A stretch of DNA of 62,857 nucleotides, the filler included, from Atractiella rhizophila (lineage: Eukaryota): NCBI GenBank assembly GCA_021432655.1. It is 3 parts of 3 records of this genome, joined end to end, with 100 filler letters (N's around TTAATTAATTAA, not from the genome) between each part and the next. Parts side by side here need not be neighbours in the genome. Positions count along the whole stretch, not along the records: positions 21,448 to 42,113 come from MU271830.1; positions 42,214 to 62,857 come from MU271831.1; 1 more part is not named here. One strand, written 5' to 3'. The notes beneath the pieces were generated by a model that saw only the letters and a list, made by a program, of their open reading frames with translations, ran no database searches and was not told where the DNA came from. The position numbers were made by a program, and so were the translations under genes. Position 1 is the stretch's first letter; every line of letters starts with the position of its first letter. This document shows, in pieces, positions 30,970 to 45,175 of the stretch.

Positions 30970-33900
30970 CTAGATTTTGGGCAAGGGCTGAGCGTCAACG
31001 TTCCAGATGGACTCGCAATAGTCCATAACAGAGCGATCGCTGGAGAATTTGCCCATCTTGGCGACGGTTCGAATGCCCTTTTCGTTCCAGACTGGCTTGT
31101 TGACGAAGTCGGCATCAATCATCTTTTGAGCTTCCAAGTCTGTGGACCAGGGTCGGTCAGGGAAAGGGCAATGACTCCGAGAAACCACGCTTACAGGATT
31201 GGAAATCGCTATTGAGCAAGTAGTAGTCTTTCCCGTCGTAGATGGAGTTGACGAATGGGCTATTCCCAACTCGTGAGTAGGTAGTACTGCAGAAAGGAGA
31301 AACGGAGACGGACTCGAAGACGTCTGGTGGCCCGAACATGCCTTCACGGATTGCATCCAAGGCTGCCTGGAGTTCAGGTACCAAGTTCAGCCCGCTATAA
31401 TAGTTAGTATGCCTCAGGTCGGCCACTGTGTCGCAATTTCTGTGTGAACAGCTTTCTTCCTTTGGTAAAGGATGGAAGACAGACCTGCATCAGCCAAGAC
31501 TCCAAAGAAGTAGACATTCTCCATTCCAACCTCTTCAGCAATCTCAATATTTGCTCCGTCCACAGTTCCTAGGATCAGACCACCATTGAGAGCGAATTTC
31601 CTGATCCCTCTTCAGTTTGCAGTACGAAGGTGTAAGAGCTAATGGAACAAACATGTTACTCGTTCCAGAAGCCTCTGTGCCAGCGGTAGAGATATGCTCC
31701 GAGATATCGCTAGCCGGGATAAGCAGTTCTGCAAGAGACACGGAGTAATCAGGCAAGAAGATGACCTTGAAGACTTCTGAAATCTGCTTGTCTGCTGCAA
31801 TGACTTTGGAAACCGCATTGATGAGTTTGATCGTCAATTTAGCAATATAGTATCCCGGAGCCGCTTTACCAGCGAAAATGGATACCTAACCAATCTTGTG
31901 TTAGCATGAACTTCTACGTTGGAACAGACAGCAGAGGACGCACTCGAGGAGCAACATCTTTGAGGTCTTTAGGGTTCATCTTCTTGAGCTCGAGGTAACG
32001 ATAGATGCATCCTAAAATATTCATCGACTGCCTCTTGTACTATACCCGCTTCATGAACATCTGTCTTGGACGATTCAAGTAAAAAATGAACCTCATGAAT
32101 TCTCTTAACCTGAATGTCGAATAGTGCCTCTCTGTTGACCTTCACATTGAGTGTCCTCTCAATATAAGCAGCAAGTTTCTCTTTGTTCTCAAGCTTGATC
32201 TTCTCAAACTGCTTCTGGAACGCCTTGTCCGTTGCATACTTCTCAATTCCTTTAAGGAGCGACAAGTCCTTCAGCCATTTTCCAGAACCTGTCTGCGCAT
32301 CAGCTTACAATTGTCTTGCTGCCATGCTGAACGGAACTCACCCAGCGTCTTCGTGATAAGACTAGCAAGCCCAGGGTTACACTGAAGGAGCCAACGGCGC
32401 GGCGTGACACCTAGTTTCCCTTCAATATTTCCCTTTGTTAGCAGGAAGCGACTGACCATTCGTGACGTTGGTGAATTTGTCGCGTCCGTAAAAGTCAACA
32501 AAATCTTTCATCATCTGTCACCCATTCCTCAGCAACTCAAGTTGATATGGACGAAAGAAAGTGATTTACATCCTTTACGAGTCTAGAGTGCAATTCTGCG
32601 ACTCCGTTCACGCAGTGAGAACCAACGATGGCCAAATATGCCATTCGGACCTGCTGAGGGTTACCCTCTTCGATCAAACTCATGCGGGACAGGCGTTCTC
32701 TCTCGCCAGGATATTTCTTCTCTACCTGCCTGTACGACACCAATATCAAGAAAAAGTTCAATGGGACGCTAGATGAACTACGCACTGCAAGAAAAACAAG
32801 TTGACGTCAAAGATGATTTGCAAGTGTCTCGGGAGGATATGGTCGAGCATAGGGACGGGCCATTTCTCCAGCGCCTCAGGAAGCACCTGTTTATGAACGT
32901 TAAGCGACGTCAATCAGTAGGAAGGAGGGTATGTACGGTATGATTCGTGTAACCAAACGTTCTCTGAACAATGCCCCATGCCTCATCCCACTCCAAGTTC
33001 TCATCATCGACCAAAACCCTCATGAGTTCCACGATGGCCAGAGTAGGATGAGTATCGTTCAATTGGATGGCGTTGAATTCCGGAAACTCGTCCCAGCTCG
33101 CTCCAATCTTCTTAAACCTACATTATAGTCCATCAGCATCCTGCTGCAACGATGGAAGACTATTAGAAGTAACAGACCGACGGATGATGTCGCTGATAGA
33201 AGCGGCCACCCAAAAATATTGTTGTTTCAACCTCAACTCTTTGCCCTTCTGGAAGTTATCGTTGGGATAAAGGACGCGAGTGATGTTCTCCGCCTCTTCT
33301 GCAGCCGCCACGGCTCCATCGTAATCTCCAGCTGGATGGGACAAGTGCCTCAAGTCAGTTCGACCTCTTGCGATTGACAATGGAAGAGGTGATGAGAAAA
33401 GGAGGGGATACGGACCGTTGAACGAGCTCAGGTCGAATGCTCTCTTAGGCTTGCTACTCCACAACCGGATATTGTTCGTGTTGTCCGTATCATATCCAGG
33501 TATCGGGAGATCATAGGGGACAGCGAGGACCTTTCCCGATCAGGTGTTACAATCACCAACCGCTCAACTATAAAGGCAAGGGACTCACTTCCATGCCACC
33601 CTCCCACTTGCCGCTCAACCCATCAGCATTCTTATGCGCTTTCCCATAAAATCGAATCTCCACCGAAGTGTCCAGACGAGGGATTTCCCATGGGTTAGAG
33701 TGGTCGAGCCAGGGATCTATTCATGTCGTACAGAACCAGAGCGACACAGATAATTGCAGTCAGGACAGGATTGCACGGAAGGAGATGGAACACAAACCAG
33801 GGACCTCCAGCTGAGCTCCACTGTCGTCGATCAGCTGCTGAAAGATTCCGTACTGATACCTCAACCCGTATCCCCAAGCAGGTATATCCATCGCTAAACA

Positions 33901-34972
33901 TCATTCAACAACCGGTCTTCCTCGATGTAAGAATGGACGGACTGGAGAGAGAGTCCATGTAGCAACTGGCCAATCTTCCTAAACCACCGTTCCCAAGTCC
34001 AGCGTCTCGTTCCGCCTCAAGCTACATCCCGATTCAAAGTAGCTGATTAGTACCCTTCCTCTCGAAAACGGCGGATATGAAAGGGGGGACGCACCAACTC
34101 CTCCATCCCGAAGCCCAGCCTTTCACCTGCACGTTCATATTCCCCTTTCAGTTCAAGGTTGAGGAGCGCATTGTCGAGAGATTTGCCCATCAAGAACTCA
34201 AGGGAGAAGTAGTACACTCTCTTAGGCTTGAGTTGGGTGTGGTGAAGCTGGGTCGCGTTCCATCTAATGGCCAGTTCAAGGCCGGGTCGCTAGAAACGAT
34301 CATGGAAAGAAGCAAGACGAACCGGTAAATCAACCTATCCCTCACACTGAGAGCTACCGCTTGATAGGCACCCAACACATCGAGATTATATGGCGCTCTC
34401 GCCAGAGTGGTCTGCACGTGTCTGACGACAGATTTCTCAATGGTTTTAGTGTCTATCACCACAAAAGCGTCCACCAAGCGGACAGTGAACACATCAACAC
34501 CCACCCAACCATCACGGAAGCCGATGGAGTAAGTGAAGAAGAGACAAACGTACCCTTCGCGAACTCGTTCTTCGTCCCTCCTAACGCGTCTTTCCACGCC
34601 GCTCCATCTCCGGGAAAGAGTTCCTCAAGCTTCTGCCCCTTGTTAGGGATGAATCCAGTCGGAGTGCGGACGTGCGCCCTCTTGTGGGTTACGGTCGAGG
34701 GATGGGGTGCGAGGGCGTTGATGGACCCTAGATTGGCTCTTTCGTTCGATCACGCCGTTACAATACCATGGCTGATAAGACTCGAAATTCATCTGCAGAA
34801 GCGAGAGGGGAACGTACGAAGGATCGACGGATGGGATTGAGAGTGACGACTTGCGTCTGACGATTGGACGGTTGGGCTTTGGAAGCGGTTTGGTTGATGA
34901 AGCTGGAGAGGACACTTGTATCTCGTCTCAGTTGTTGTTCTGCCATAGGAGGGAACTAGGAAAGGGCTCACT
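30970..34972 (-). CDS. GPH1: Glycogen phosphorylase
   Basis: HVRTPTGF (regulatory Thr), [86 protein letters not shown] (PLP Lys), GKFSSDRS. The 5' end is inferred. Confidence 0.96.
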
Positions 34973-35833
34973 CTTGCTTGACAATGCTTGCCCTTGGTCT
35001 AGCCAGTCAGGGGTTAGTACCGGTGAGTGGCAGGGTTAAGGCACGCGAAAAGAGGGGATGATTGCGATGGATAAAAGGGAATGGGATTCGGTCGATCGAA
35101 GGTTAGATTAATTTACTCGACGTCACAAAAGAGATCGAGGAAAGACCATGATTGCCAACCTGATTGCCAACCTTCTCCCGGAAAACGAGATAACTGAGAT
35201 GAGCGAGATTTATGGAAGCGCTGAGTCCGGCGTTGGACATACATATCTCATGAGGTAAGTCCCTTATTTTGAAAGCAGGGACGGGGAACGCGTCTACGAG
35301 TCTGTGGGTAGCCATGACGCGACGCGTAAACGTATTGGGAGACATTGACAAAGTGGTCGCGAATTACTTTGTTCATCGCATTGAGCTCCAACAAGGACAA
35401 GAGCAGTATGCTTTCAACGTTGGCCCTCGAAGTCAAAATGTCTCATTAGCGTTGTAGTTGGACGCCACCCTCTTCCTCTTTTCCTGACTATGTACTGTTT
35501 TGTCAGTGCTTTCTTTCAAGTAAAACCCAAAGAGAATAGATGGGACCAGTTGAAGGGAACGGCGTTGCTTGAATAGTTCAATGTGATAGAGTGAGGTGCA
35601 CGCTTCAAATCGCTCAAGCGGTTGAAACGGGGTTAAACTTTTTCCTGTTCAGGCAAATGTGGACGTAAGAGAAAGGACATTGCGTGATATATTGTGAGAG
35701 CAACAAAAAGAAATAATGATAGTGTTCTTGTTTATCCGCAGCAAGGACAATCGAGAGGTTATTACAAGTAATCGGAATGATTTGTCAAGCTTTTGTCAAC
35801 GATCCATCTGCAAGCTTTTGACCTGTCTTAGTT

Positions 35834-36518
35834 ATGGAATCGGTCACCTCTTCCCAAGATTACATCTCCCTCTCCACCGACACCCTCTCCGAATCTGCGA
35901 TCATCAATAGCGTGAAGCACCCGTCTTGTGGTGCAGTCTGCACATTCCTAGGAACGACTCGAGACAACTTCCAAGGTGCGTCCCATTTCCTCCCCCAAAA
36001 CCTCGTTGATATCTTATCAACGTCACTGTGTGTGGTACGAGAAACTGAAATGTGGAATGGTGAAACGTAAGGCAGGAAAACGCGTCACCAAACTATGGTA
36101 CGAAGCTTACGAGTCCCTCGCTCTCAAATCGATGCGCTCCATCGCTGAGGAAGCACGCTCTCGATTCATCGGAGGTTCACAAGCCGAGGGAGGAGAGAGG
36201 ATGGGAATCGCTATCGTCCATCGGTTGGGAGATGTACCGGTGGGAGAGACGAGCATAGTGATCGCGGTCTCGTCAGCACACCGAAAAAAGAGCTTCGAGG
36301 TACGTCGACCTATCCCCCACCATGATTCTCCTTTCATGAAAGTGCTGAAACTGTTTCCGGTCAAGACCTGTGAATGGATTCTTGAGAAAGTGAAGAAGGA
36401 GACCCCGATTTGGAAGAGAGAATACTATGAGGGAGGAGAGGTACTACGGGCTAGAGATGGACAGAGCGCTGAGGAGCCTGAGACACTTCCTGTGTGGAAG
36501 GAGAACTTCCCTTCTTGA
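35834..36518 (+). CDS. MOCS2: Molybdopterin synthase catalytic subunit (MoaE)
   Basis: CGAVCTFLGTTRDNFQGK, LWYEAYESLA, HRLGDVPVGETSIVIAVSSAHR, KKETPIWKREYY. Confidence 0.93.
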
Positions 36519-36760
36519 ACTGTCCGCTTTGTGCGTGCTGCTCTAAGATGCCAGTTTCTGATAATCCGACATTTGCCATGACTAGCAACAGATTCTTCCT
36601 TGCCTGCATCTTTCATTATGATTCTATAAATGACTCAACTCGCAATTATGAAACATGACCTGCTCTGCCGATGTCCTCCTTATTACTTTACTTTTGATAT
36701 CACGAAAGCAATAAATGGACAACGTCTATTTCAACATCTATGAGCTAATTGGCCTCCGTT

Positions 36761-38164
36761 CTATCTCTTCACAGGCAAGACCTCTCTCAATGTCCTGCTC
36801 AATCTAGTCATCAAAACCTCACACTCCGACTCCGTCCCAACCGTGATCCTAACGCAACCATCACAAAACAATTCCCGTCCCCTAAACCTAACAACGACCT
36901 TCTCCTCTCCCTCTCCTCCTCCCTCATTCTCCGCCATATAAGTATACATCTCCTCCGCCCTCTCATTATCCGGTCTTCCTCCCTCCTCCTGCGGCTTGTC
37001 CAGCACCTGCACGAGCACAAAGTTGGCGTCATTCCCGCCTATGACTTTCCCGATGCCAAGCGATTGGAAGGAGGGGGATTGGAGGTTGGAGATGAGGGAG
37101 GTGCGGGAGCGGATGAGGGAGAGGAGGTTGCAGCGGTATTTTTGAAGGGAGGAGGTGGAGAGCGCGGAGAGGGCAAGGGAGATGGTTGGGGTGGAGAGAC
37201 TATATGGAGCTTTGGTGCTGGAGAGGATGGTCGTGAGCGCGCGGGATTGAAAGGAGATCCCGAGTCTATGGTTTTAATCGTTAGTACGGCTTATTCCGCT
37301 TGGAAAGGAGAGGTACGGCTAGGCAGAAGGATGAAGAGAGAGGAAGGTCAGCGCACCGGATGCCCGCTAGTCCGAACCCTTTGCTCATGGTCTGCATAAC
37401 CACCAAATTCTCCCACCCTTCCTTCAGCAATTCTACAGCACTCACCCCCTCTCCATTGTCTTTGTTCTTAGGATCGACGAGAGCGAAGTCAATGTAAGCT
37501 TCGTCCACCACGAGCAGTCCGTTGAAATTAGGATTGGAGAGGATGGAACGAATGGATGAGAGGGAGAGGAGTGTGCCTGTTGGGTTTCCTGGAGAGGTGA
37601 GGAGGAGGAGCTTGGACTCTGGATGTTTGTCGAGAAAGGAATTTGTCTACACCATCCTATTCAACTTTCTTCTTCAAATCTCGCATAGCACCTAAAAAAA
37701 CGCACAGCCTCCACATCCAGGCTGAAATCTGTTGTGAGAGGTACCGTAGATACGGACACGTCGTTCACTTTCGCAGAGACTTTGTACATCCCGTAAGTGG
37801 GGGGACACACGACGATGCCTTCTTTTTCAGGACGACAAGTGACCCGGATGAGCAAGTCGATGATCTCGTCACTTCCCACGCCAAGAAACACGCATTCTTT
37901 CTCGACCCCTCGAAGTGCGCCAATATGTTCTTTGAGCTCGAAATTCGTCGGTGAGGGGTACCGGTGCAATTGCAGTGAATCCTTCGACGCCTGCTCCAAT
38001 GGTTGATCTAGTGACTGAGAGGCGGAAGAGAGAGACGGCCCATATGCGTTCTCGTTCGCGTCCAGGAGAACTCCTTCGGAGTAATCGTCCCTTGCGCACC
38101 GATAAGGTAAGAGGGAGAGGATGTTTGGCCGGATCACAGTAGCGAGGTCGACGGTGCGCGGCAT
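36761..38164 (-). CDS. HIS5: Histidinol-phosphate aminotransferase
   Basis: IRPNILSLLPYRCARDDY, LLDANEN, GVGSDE, PPTYGMY, SPGNPTG, VVDEAYIDF, QTMSKGFGLAGIR, GGNDANF, RITVGT. Confidence 0.95.
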
Positions 38165-40057
38165 GTGCTCTTACAGTGCGCAAGAAAGTTGACGAAAAGG
38201 GGGAAGAGTTGCTGTACTGACATCTGACTTCATGACTTTGATCATCTCGATTACATTACAGTAATGATGAATCGATGAACTCTAAAATCGGAGAAATATT
38301 TACTCTTGATTATTTGGCCTTATTTTGGACTTCACGAACGGTCGGCGACAGAGAACAGTGCAAGAGCAAACGCAACGAAGCAATATCTGGTTCCTCCAAC
38401 TGCGACCACGATTCGGAGATAGATGACAGATCATGTGCGCTTGGTCAACCGACGGTTTCCCGCTTCTGTGAATTCCCTGTGCATTCCCCTTCACGGTCGC
38501 TGCTACCTCTGCTGCTACCTCCGTTGCAGCAACAAATCTTAGTTCGTGTCCTTTGCTCAGCCGAACCTATTCCGTCCCTAGCAACGCCGCCTGCTCCGAT
38601 TCCCGATCAGGACGTAAAGGGAGAGAGAAGATTGACGGGTGAGCCAGCGGCGGTTAGGAGCTCGTACGGTGACGATCGATACCAGAAACCATCGGAAAGC
38701 AGACATTCATTGCCGCAATAGGTGCACTTCCAACAGGTTTCAGGTTACAGTCCTTCCCAATTTCTGTGATGACGAAAAAGACGGACCTGTTCCACGAGTA
38801 AAGGGATGCGTTCCTGATTTGCCTTCAAACGGTTTCAAGGAGCCCTCCTTCATCCATCTCGCGTTAGCCCTACTGAGTCATTCCCTTGCGTCGTGTATAT
38901 AAGAGGTCGTGGTGGAAGCTCTCATAGTAAGCGCTATCGACGTGTTTTCCCACACAGCAGTGAAAAGCTCCCAACAAAACAAAAGACCATGGATGCTAAT
39001 AACCCTATTGTGCCTGTGAGCTCTTCTTTCTTCATCTGGCTATAATGCATCCTCATCATTATTGGGGTGAGGTGACTGATGGTTATCCCATCCTCATTAA
39101 TGGCGTGTGGACTCTCTGGCCCCAACAAGAGCTCCTCGAAATCTTGGCCATCCTCACCGCCATGAGTGAATCCCCACCCCTGCTGTCTACTTGATGACTC
39201 ATGGCCTTCAAAGGAACGCAAGGCTCTCAAACGGACGAAGCGAGGATAAATTGAACGGGCAATCGAAAACGGCAAAAAAGAGCGATATTTTATTTCCGCT
39301 CCGCCCACTGCTTCCTTTGCTACATTTCTCTCCTGTTTCTGGTATGATCGTAGCTACCGTTAAAAAGTAAGGTCAAAATAGCATGTCTTTTAATGGTTCT
39401 CCCCAACATCTTTCTTCAGAGAGTTGTCACAGCAAATTAGGGTTCTGCAACTGAGACAAACAAGTCGTGATAACAGCAAGCGGTAAGTCAAAAGTATTAA
39501 CGAAATGTTAACACACCAGGCATATTTCGAAGGCATAAACAGCAATTCCCTCAAACCCTATAATGAAACGTTGAATGGGAAAACTTTGGTGCTTCTGTTT
39601 AAGTGTTGGTCCCCGCATCGGAACGCATGGCAAACCTCACCAAATATCTAACCTTCCCACACCAAGTGCAAGCACCAACACACCCATATTTGTACTCTGT
39701 TCCGTGCACCGTTCTACCTCGATTCTGCTGTAGACTACTCTGAGATTACCGTTCACGGGATCACCTGAGCAGTGTCGACTTGTATCTTCTCGGAAGGAGA
39801 TATAACACCGCGATTGGGCAGCTTTGTTGCTGTCTTGCTCGGCGAAACCAGGGTATGAACTTCAAGTTCAGAGTTCTAGCCTGTCTCCCGGAGTATGAGA
39901 TGACCGAAATGCCCACTTACTGCGTTGGCAAGTAGGTCATTACAGTCTTCTTCTTCCATATTTGTGAGGTATTTTGCATCCACAGTGTAACACAAATTGG
40001 CATAAAGCGGACTTCATTACATCGTGTTCGCGCCAACTTCAACTGTTGCCAGTGAAC

Positions 40058-42113
40058 ATGCCGCCGACTCAGGATCGAGTGGAAGTGTCGGTGCAATCAG
40101 GTGACGGAAAGACCGCGATTGCAAACAGGAGGAGCACTAAGACCCTCTCTGTTGTCCTTGGGAACAGACAGGCACTATCTTGCGTTTGTCGATACTTCTC
40201 AGCATCCATATTTATGTTGAGAGGCTTCGCACTGTGATAGGACTACTGTTTCATCCGTCACATCTCCTGCCTCCGTCCTTCCTCCTCCGCTTCGTGTCCA
40301 TCTTCTTCCCGTCGCGGTAACGGTCACCGTCATCTCCTGCCTTGTCTCACCTGCCACTCTAAGAACCTTCTCTGTTCCACTTCCACAGTAGAGGAGAGAC
40401 GGATCTTGCTGAGGTATCGAACTGGGACGAGCGGATTGAATAAGAAGGGGAGGCGGATCGAGGCGGCCAAGTCAGTCTTTGATTTCCCGTCTTAACGACG
40501 TTGTTTGATGTATGAAGTGGTGTAGGGAGATCTTTGGTTTCGATGGCAAGGGGGCAACAGCGGAAGGGACTGTCTTTGACTTGTTGGGGAGGAAGGGGGA
40601 GGAGAGGCTATTCAGGTGCGTCCTTTCGAGACGAATCTAACATGGCTCGAATCAGTCGGATTGCTTATGATTCAGTGCATAGAAACGAGTTGTGGAAGGG
40701 GATGAAGATCCATCTCGTGCAGAGTCTGTCCACTCTCTATGTAGGAATGGCCTGATCTTACCGTTTCGCAAGTGGCGGATTCGGTCCTGCCCTCTGGATT
40801 GCTCGCGAGCTTCGTTCGTCTCTTCTCTCTTCCACTCACACTGCGGAACTCTGACAAAGGCACTAACAAGAGGGCAGGCTCCACCTTCTCTACATTGATA
40901 GATCTGACCGATCCAAATGCTATGCCGGAGGCAAATCGTTTTTCTCCCATAATAGTATTTTCCGTTGAAACATTCTCCCAAAAATACAGGCGGCAATGAT
41001 TACACTCTCCGCCTGTGGAGCGCGGGTCACAAACCATGCTCTAATTCTCGGATCCAACGTCCCGACTCTGCTCCAAAGTCGGGGTTCTTCCACGAATCAC
41101 ATATACGGGAGGCTGAGGGAACCGATCTGTTTCGAGCTGGCGAAGCAAGGGATCAGGTTGTTGGATAAAGAAGGTGGGTTGAGGAAGGTGGACGAGGGTA
41201 ACCTCGTCACCCTCTTGATGGTCGAGTTCGATGTCAGCCGTGAGTCTACCGTCATTTCTCCCTTTTCCTGCTCCTGCCCCGAATGGAACGGTTAGCTGAT
41301 GGGAAGTGGAGGGAACAGGAAATCATCCGTCGTGGGGAAGTAGGACTTTCCTTGACGCTGCTATCTATCATTGGCGCACTAGTTTCCCCGTACGTATCCC
41401 TTTCGTTCTATCTGTCAGTTGAACAAATGTAGCATGCCTTGCAGGAGAAGCGAAACTGCGTGAACGGAGATTCTTTAGCTTGTTATCTGTTTTATCGCGA
41501 TGCTGTCTCCGCCTCGCAGATTGGTGATAGGCTGTCCATAACGGAAGATGACGTGCAGTTCTACATGTCTTTCTCCCACCTACCTCTGACCATGTTCACG
41601 GATATCGAAACACAATGTGCTCCCGAATTATGCAGAACATGCCCTCACATCGTGCTGATGCAGATGCTAGAGGTGAGGGTTGGAGTCCTCCACAGGTCCT
41701 TAGTCAACAATTGGAGATCTAGTTAGTGGCATTTGCCTGAATGGAAAGGAGAGGATGTTGACTATTGGACGAAGCGAGTTCGAGGAGGAAGAAAGTTACT
41801 CCTGAGCGAGTTAAACGGTTCTGGGCCCACGTCTCGGGAACGGTCGAGGATCTGTCGAACATCATGGATGCCTATTTCCACAGTTCTGCGTTGTTTGAAC
41901 GGCTCCTGTCTCCCAAATCTTCCGAAGGGGTATGGATGGACACTCCTCGTGGAGATTTTGGCGTTGCGTATTGCGAGATCGTGTCAGCCGGTTTATCTTT
42001 ACATCGGGAGCTCTCGAGGAGGATGAGAGAGGAGAGGGATGTGTCGACAGAAGTGTGGAAGCTGAGTGAGGAAATGGCCTTGAAGCATTTGAAGGGAATC
42101 CTACAGCTCCTGA
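40058..42113 (+). CDS. Zn(II)2Cys6 transcription factor with atypical cluster (3' truncated by linker)
   Basis: Intron 40184-40240 joins RQALSC to DYCFIRHISC-x24-CLTCHSKNLLC..KKGRRIE; downstream exons are helical and resemble the middle region of fungal transcription factors. Confidence 0.72.
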
Positions 42114-42213
42114 NNNNNNNNNNNNNNNNNNNNNNNNNNNNNNNNNNNNNNNNNNNNTTAATTAATTAANNNNNNNNNNNNNNNNNNNNNNNNNNNNNNN
42201 NNNNNNNNNNNNN
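42114..42213. other. Assembly linker N-TTAATTAATTAA-N
   Basis: Same 12-mer at 42158-42169 between N runs. Confidence 0.97.
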
Positions 42214-42537
42214 GATGCTAATAGGTCAACATGTCACTTTGCAAGCTTCAATTTGACAAGACAGAATCCTAGACTAACTGCGTCACGATTGAAAGACTCT
42301 CACCTTGAACCTGCAAGTCCCTTGATGGTCGATCCATTTACCATGTGTCTCCTGTTCACCTGGCTTCACCTGGCAACGATCCCCTGCCAACAATAATACC
42401 AGAGCTCTGGTGTTGGGGAGTTATTGCTGACGTCACTAAGGTTCCGCACACAAACAAGGAGGAAATCGACTACGAAGGTCACGAATCTCGCCACCGTGGA
42501 CCAGCAAAACCACTAGCACCACCAACAAAGCGACATC

Positions 42538-44614
42538 ATGCCTCCGAAGCGCTCACTCTCCCCGCGCGGAGCAGCCGAAGCAGGTCCATCCAAACGCATC
42601 CGCCTCTCTCCCGCCATACTAACCCCACCAGCGTCTCAGTATCAGCAAGAGGTGCTGCCAGCCAATGACCAAGCTCAATCGCAAGTAGGACTTACGTCGG
42701 TTGCTTCTGGATCTGGTTTGGTAAATGAAGTGGAAAATGGCAAGGGGAAGGGAAGGACGGAACAGGACGATGTGGATGGAAACATAGGACAGGGTGTCGA
42801 AGAGGTAGAAGGCGGGACCGGCGAAAGCCTCAGCATGGCATCGTTCGTCCCTCCTTCCTCTTCCTGGACCGGGATGCAAGCGACCCCTCTTCCTCCGCCG
42901 CCTCCCGATCGTTCGATAACCGCATCGCGCACACCTTTAGAGGGAAGGGAAGAGGAGGGTGAGGGAACGATGGACCCTTGGGACATCCGCACCCTTACCG
43001 CGCTCCCACGTAACTTGGAGCTAGAGCGACAACTGGAGGAGATGGAGGAGTACGAACGCGCGGCACGTTCTCCTCCGTCTCCTTCTGTCCATCCGCATCC
43101 GCTGAGGGGAGAAGAGGGGAGAGAGGTATCAGAAGAGGCAGATGAAATTGAGGAGGAACCGCCGTCTCTATCCTTACCTCTACCTCTCGGGCCAGAGGAT
43201 CCTCCTGTGACGCTCAATCCGTACCATTTGCAGACATTTTTTCAATCAGAGAACAATGGGGGACATAGAGGCGCGGAAAACCTTCCATTCTATGCAGTCC
43301 CTCATTTAGCCACTCAAGCAGGATCGGAACTGCATATCGGGAACGCAGAAGCAGGACGACGAGATGTTGTCCCAGCATTGCATGTGGGAGAAGGACGAGG
43401 AGGAGCACCGGTGTATGAAATAGAGGACGAACTGTTCGGAGGGGAAGAAGAGGATGAGGAAGATGGGGAAGGGTCGCAGGAAACGCATAGCGATTTGGTA
43501 GAGCAGTTGATGGAGGATCGTGAGAGAATGACGAGACCCCGGCCGGGAAGACGAGGAGTGGATATGGGAGAGTGGAGGGAGGAGGAGGAGCGGTTGAGGA
43601 GAGCTATCGTGACTGAATTTGGTGAGTTTCTTCTTCAGTCGGACGAGCTTGTCAGCCAGAACATATCCATTCCCATTCATGATCCAACAATCAATGCTCA
43701 GATTCGCTGATTGCTCTATCGTCTTATTAAATGCAGAGCGAAGCCACCCGCCGCCCATTCCCTACCCTCCCACCGAAAGCGGTGGAGCACGAATCACAGA
43801 AGTGATAGACCTGACCTCTGACACATCCTCACCACCTCGTCGCTTATCATTCCACCTCACCCTCCCGCTCCCCAATCCCTCCTTTGGCTCCAACAACGCG
43901 ACCAACGGTACCAACTCGCATTCGCGGTCAGATGTTGGACAGGAAGAGGACGATGACGACGAGATCCAGTTCATATCATCCACCGGTCCCACGCGTGGCC
44001 CATCGACTTTTGATGGAGGTGAAGAGGAGGATGAGGAGGATGAGGACGAGATTCAGGTTATCTTTCCGCCTCCGCGCTCTCCTTCGCCACCTGCAGCGTT
44101 CAAGAACCCGTCGGAACGAAAGGGATGGGAAGAATTGACATGCCGTACGTCCCCGCGCTTCCCTTCTGCCCGCAAAATGAATCCTGAGACGATCACAACA
44201 GCCATCTGCCTCTGTCCCCCCAAACCACTCGTCACCACCTCGTGCGGACACACATTCTGCGGTCCCTGTCTGCACGCCGCCCTACTGGCTCAACCGAAGG
44301 TCCAAGTGAACGAGCCGAGCACAGGCAGGTTCAACTTCTTCTCCTTTGGGTTTGGCGGACGAACGGTGACCCGATTCGCCGATGAAGAGGGCGTGTGTCC
44401 GGTGTGCAGGACGGAGTTGAGGGGCGGATGGGGTCACGCTCTCAGAGGCATATACCTCAGAATGGGAGATGGGAAGGGGCGGAAGGCTGACAGGGAGCTG
44501 GGGAGGGAGGATCCGAGGATCGAAAAACCGCCAGTGCTGAATCCAGAGGGTGAGGGAGGAGAGGTTGCTAATCTACCTGTGGAGAAGGAGAAGGAGAATG
44601 GGGGAGAAGAGTGA
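42538..44614 (+). CDS. SIM-containing C3HC4 RING protein (Slx8/Rfp/RNF4-like SUMO-targeted ubiquitin ligase)
   Basis: Acidic disordered N-terminus; SIM-like EVIDLT, DEIQFIS, DEIQVIF; spliced RING C..ICL..SCGHTFCGPC..CPVCR. Confidence 0.78.
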
Positions 44615-45175
44615 AATTCTGAGAGAGATATATTGCCATGTTCCAGTGTACATTTGTTCTTCTGTAACCATGCATTTCAGTCGGGCTTGGGTTTGCTTGC
44701 GTCACTTGGTATCTGGCACGTTAGGTACATATGAATCGGACACATATGAGTCGGATTGTAGAGAGCATTTGAACGAATATATATCAGTGAACTTCTGAAG
44801 GAAAGCTGCGTCTGCATCTGCAGGCGAAGCAAACTGTTTGTCACGAATGACGAAGTCAACAAATGTACGGCAACTTGAAGCAGACTATGGTATAAGGAGA
44901 AATACGAATGAGGAAGCTAAACGACCAAGGGTAATCCAGCTCCATGAAACAACAACATCGACATCACCAAATTCACAAAGTACGAAACTGGATATATTGA
45001 TTGATGCAGCTCTAGAATCCTCCCCAGATAGATGTACGCACGTTTGCCGGTGGAATGTGTTGCTTTGATATCAGAAATGATGAGGGATTATTCAAACTCA
45101 TAAAGCTGGATTGTAAAGACTTGAGTGCGGCATCCAGAGAAGGAACGGAAAAGACGCACTTTGGAACTAATTTGA

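Noticed and set aside
31060..31080. GGTTCGAAT T-loop-like motif
   Set aside because: Lies within glycogen phosphorylase coding sequence and forms no cloverleaf.
38275..39308. ORFs of 87-148 aa upstream of HIS5
   Set aside because: No recognisable motifs or convincing splice model.
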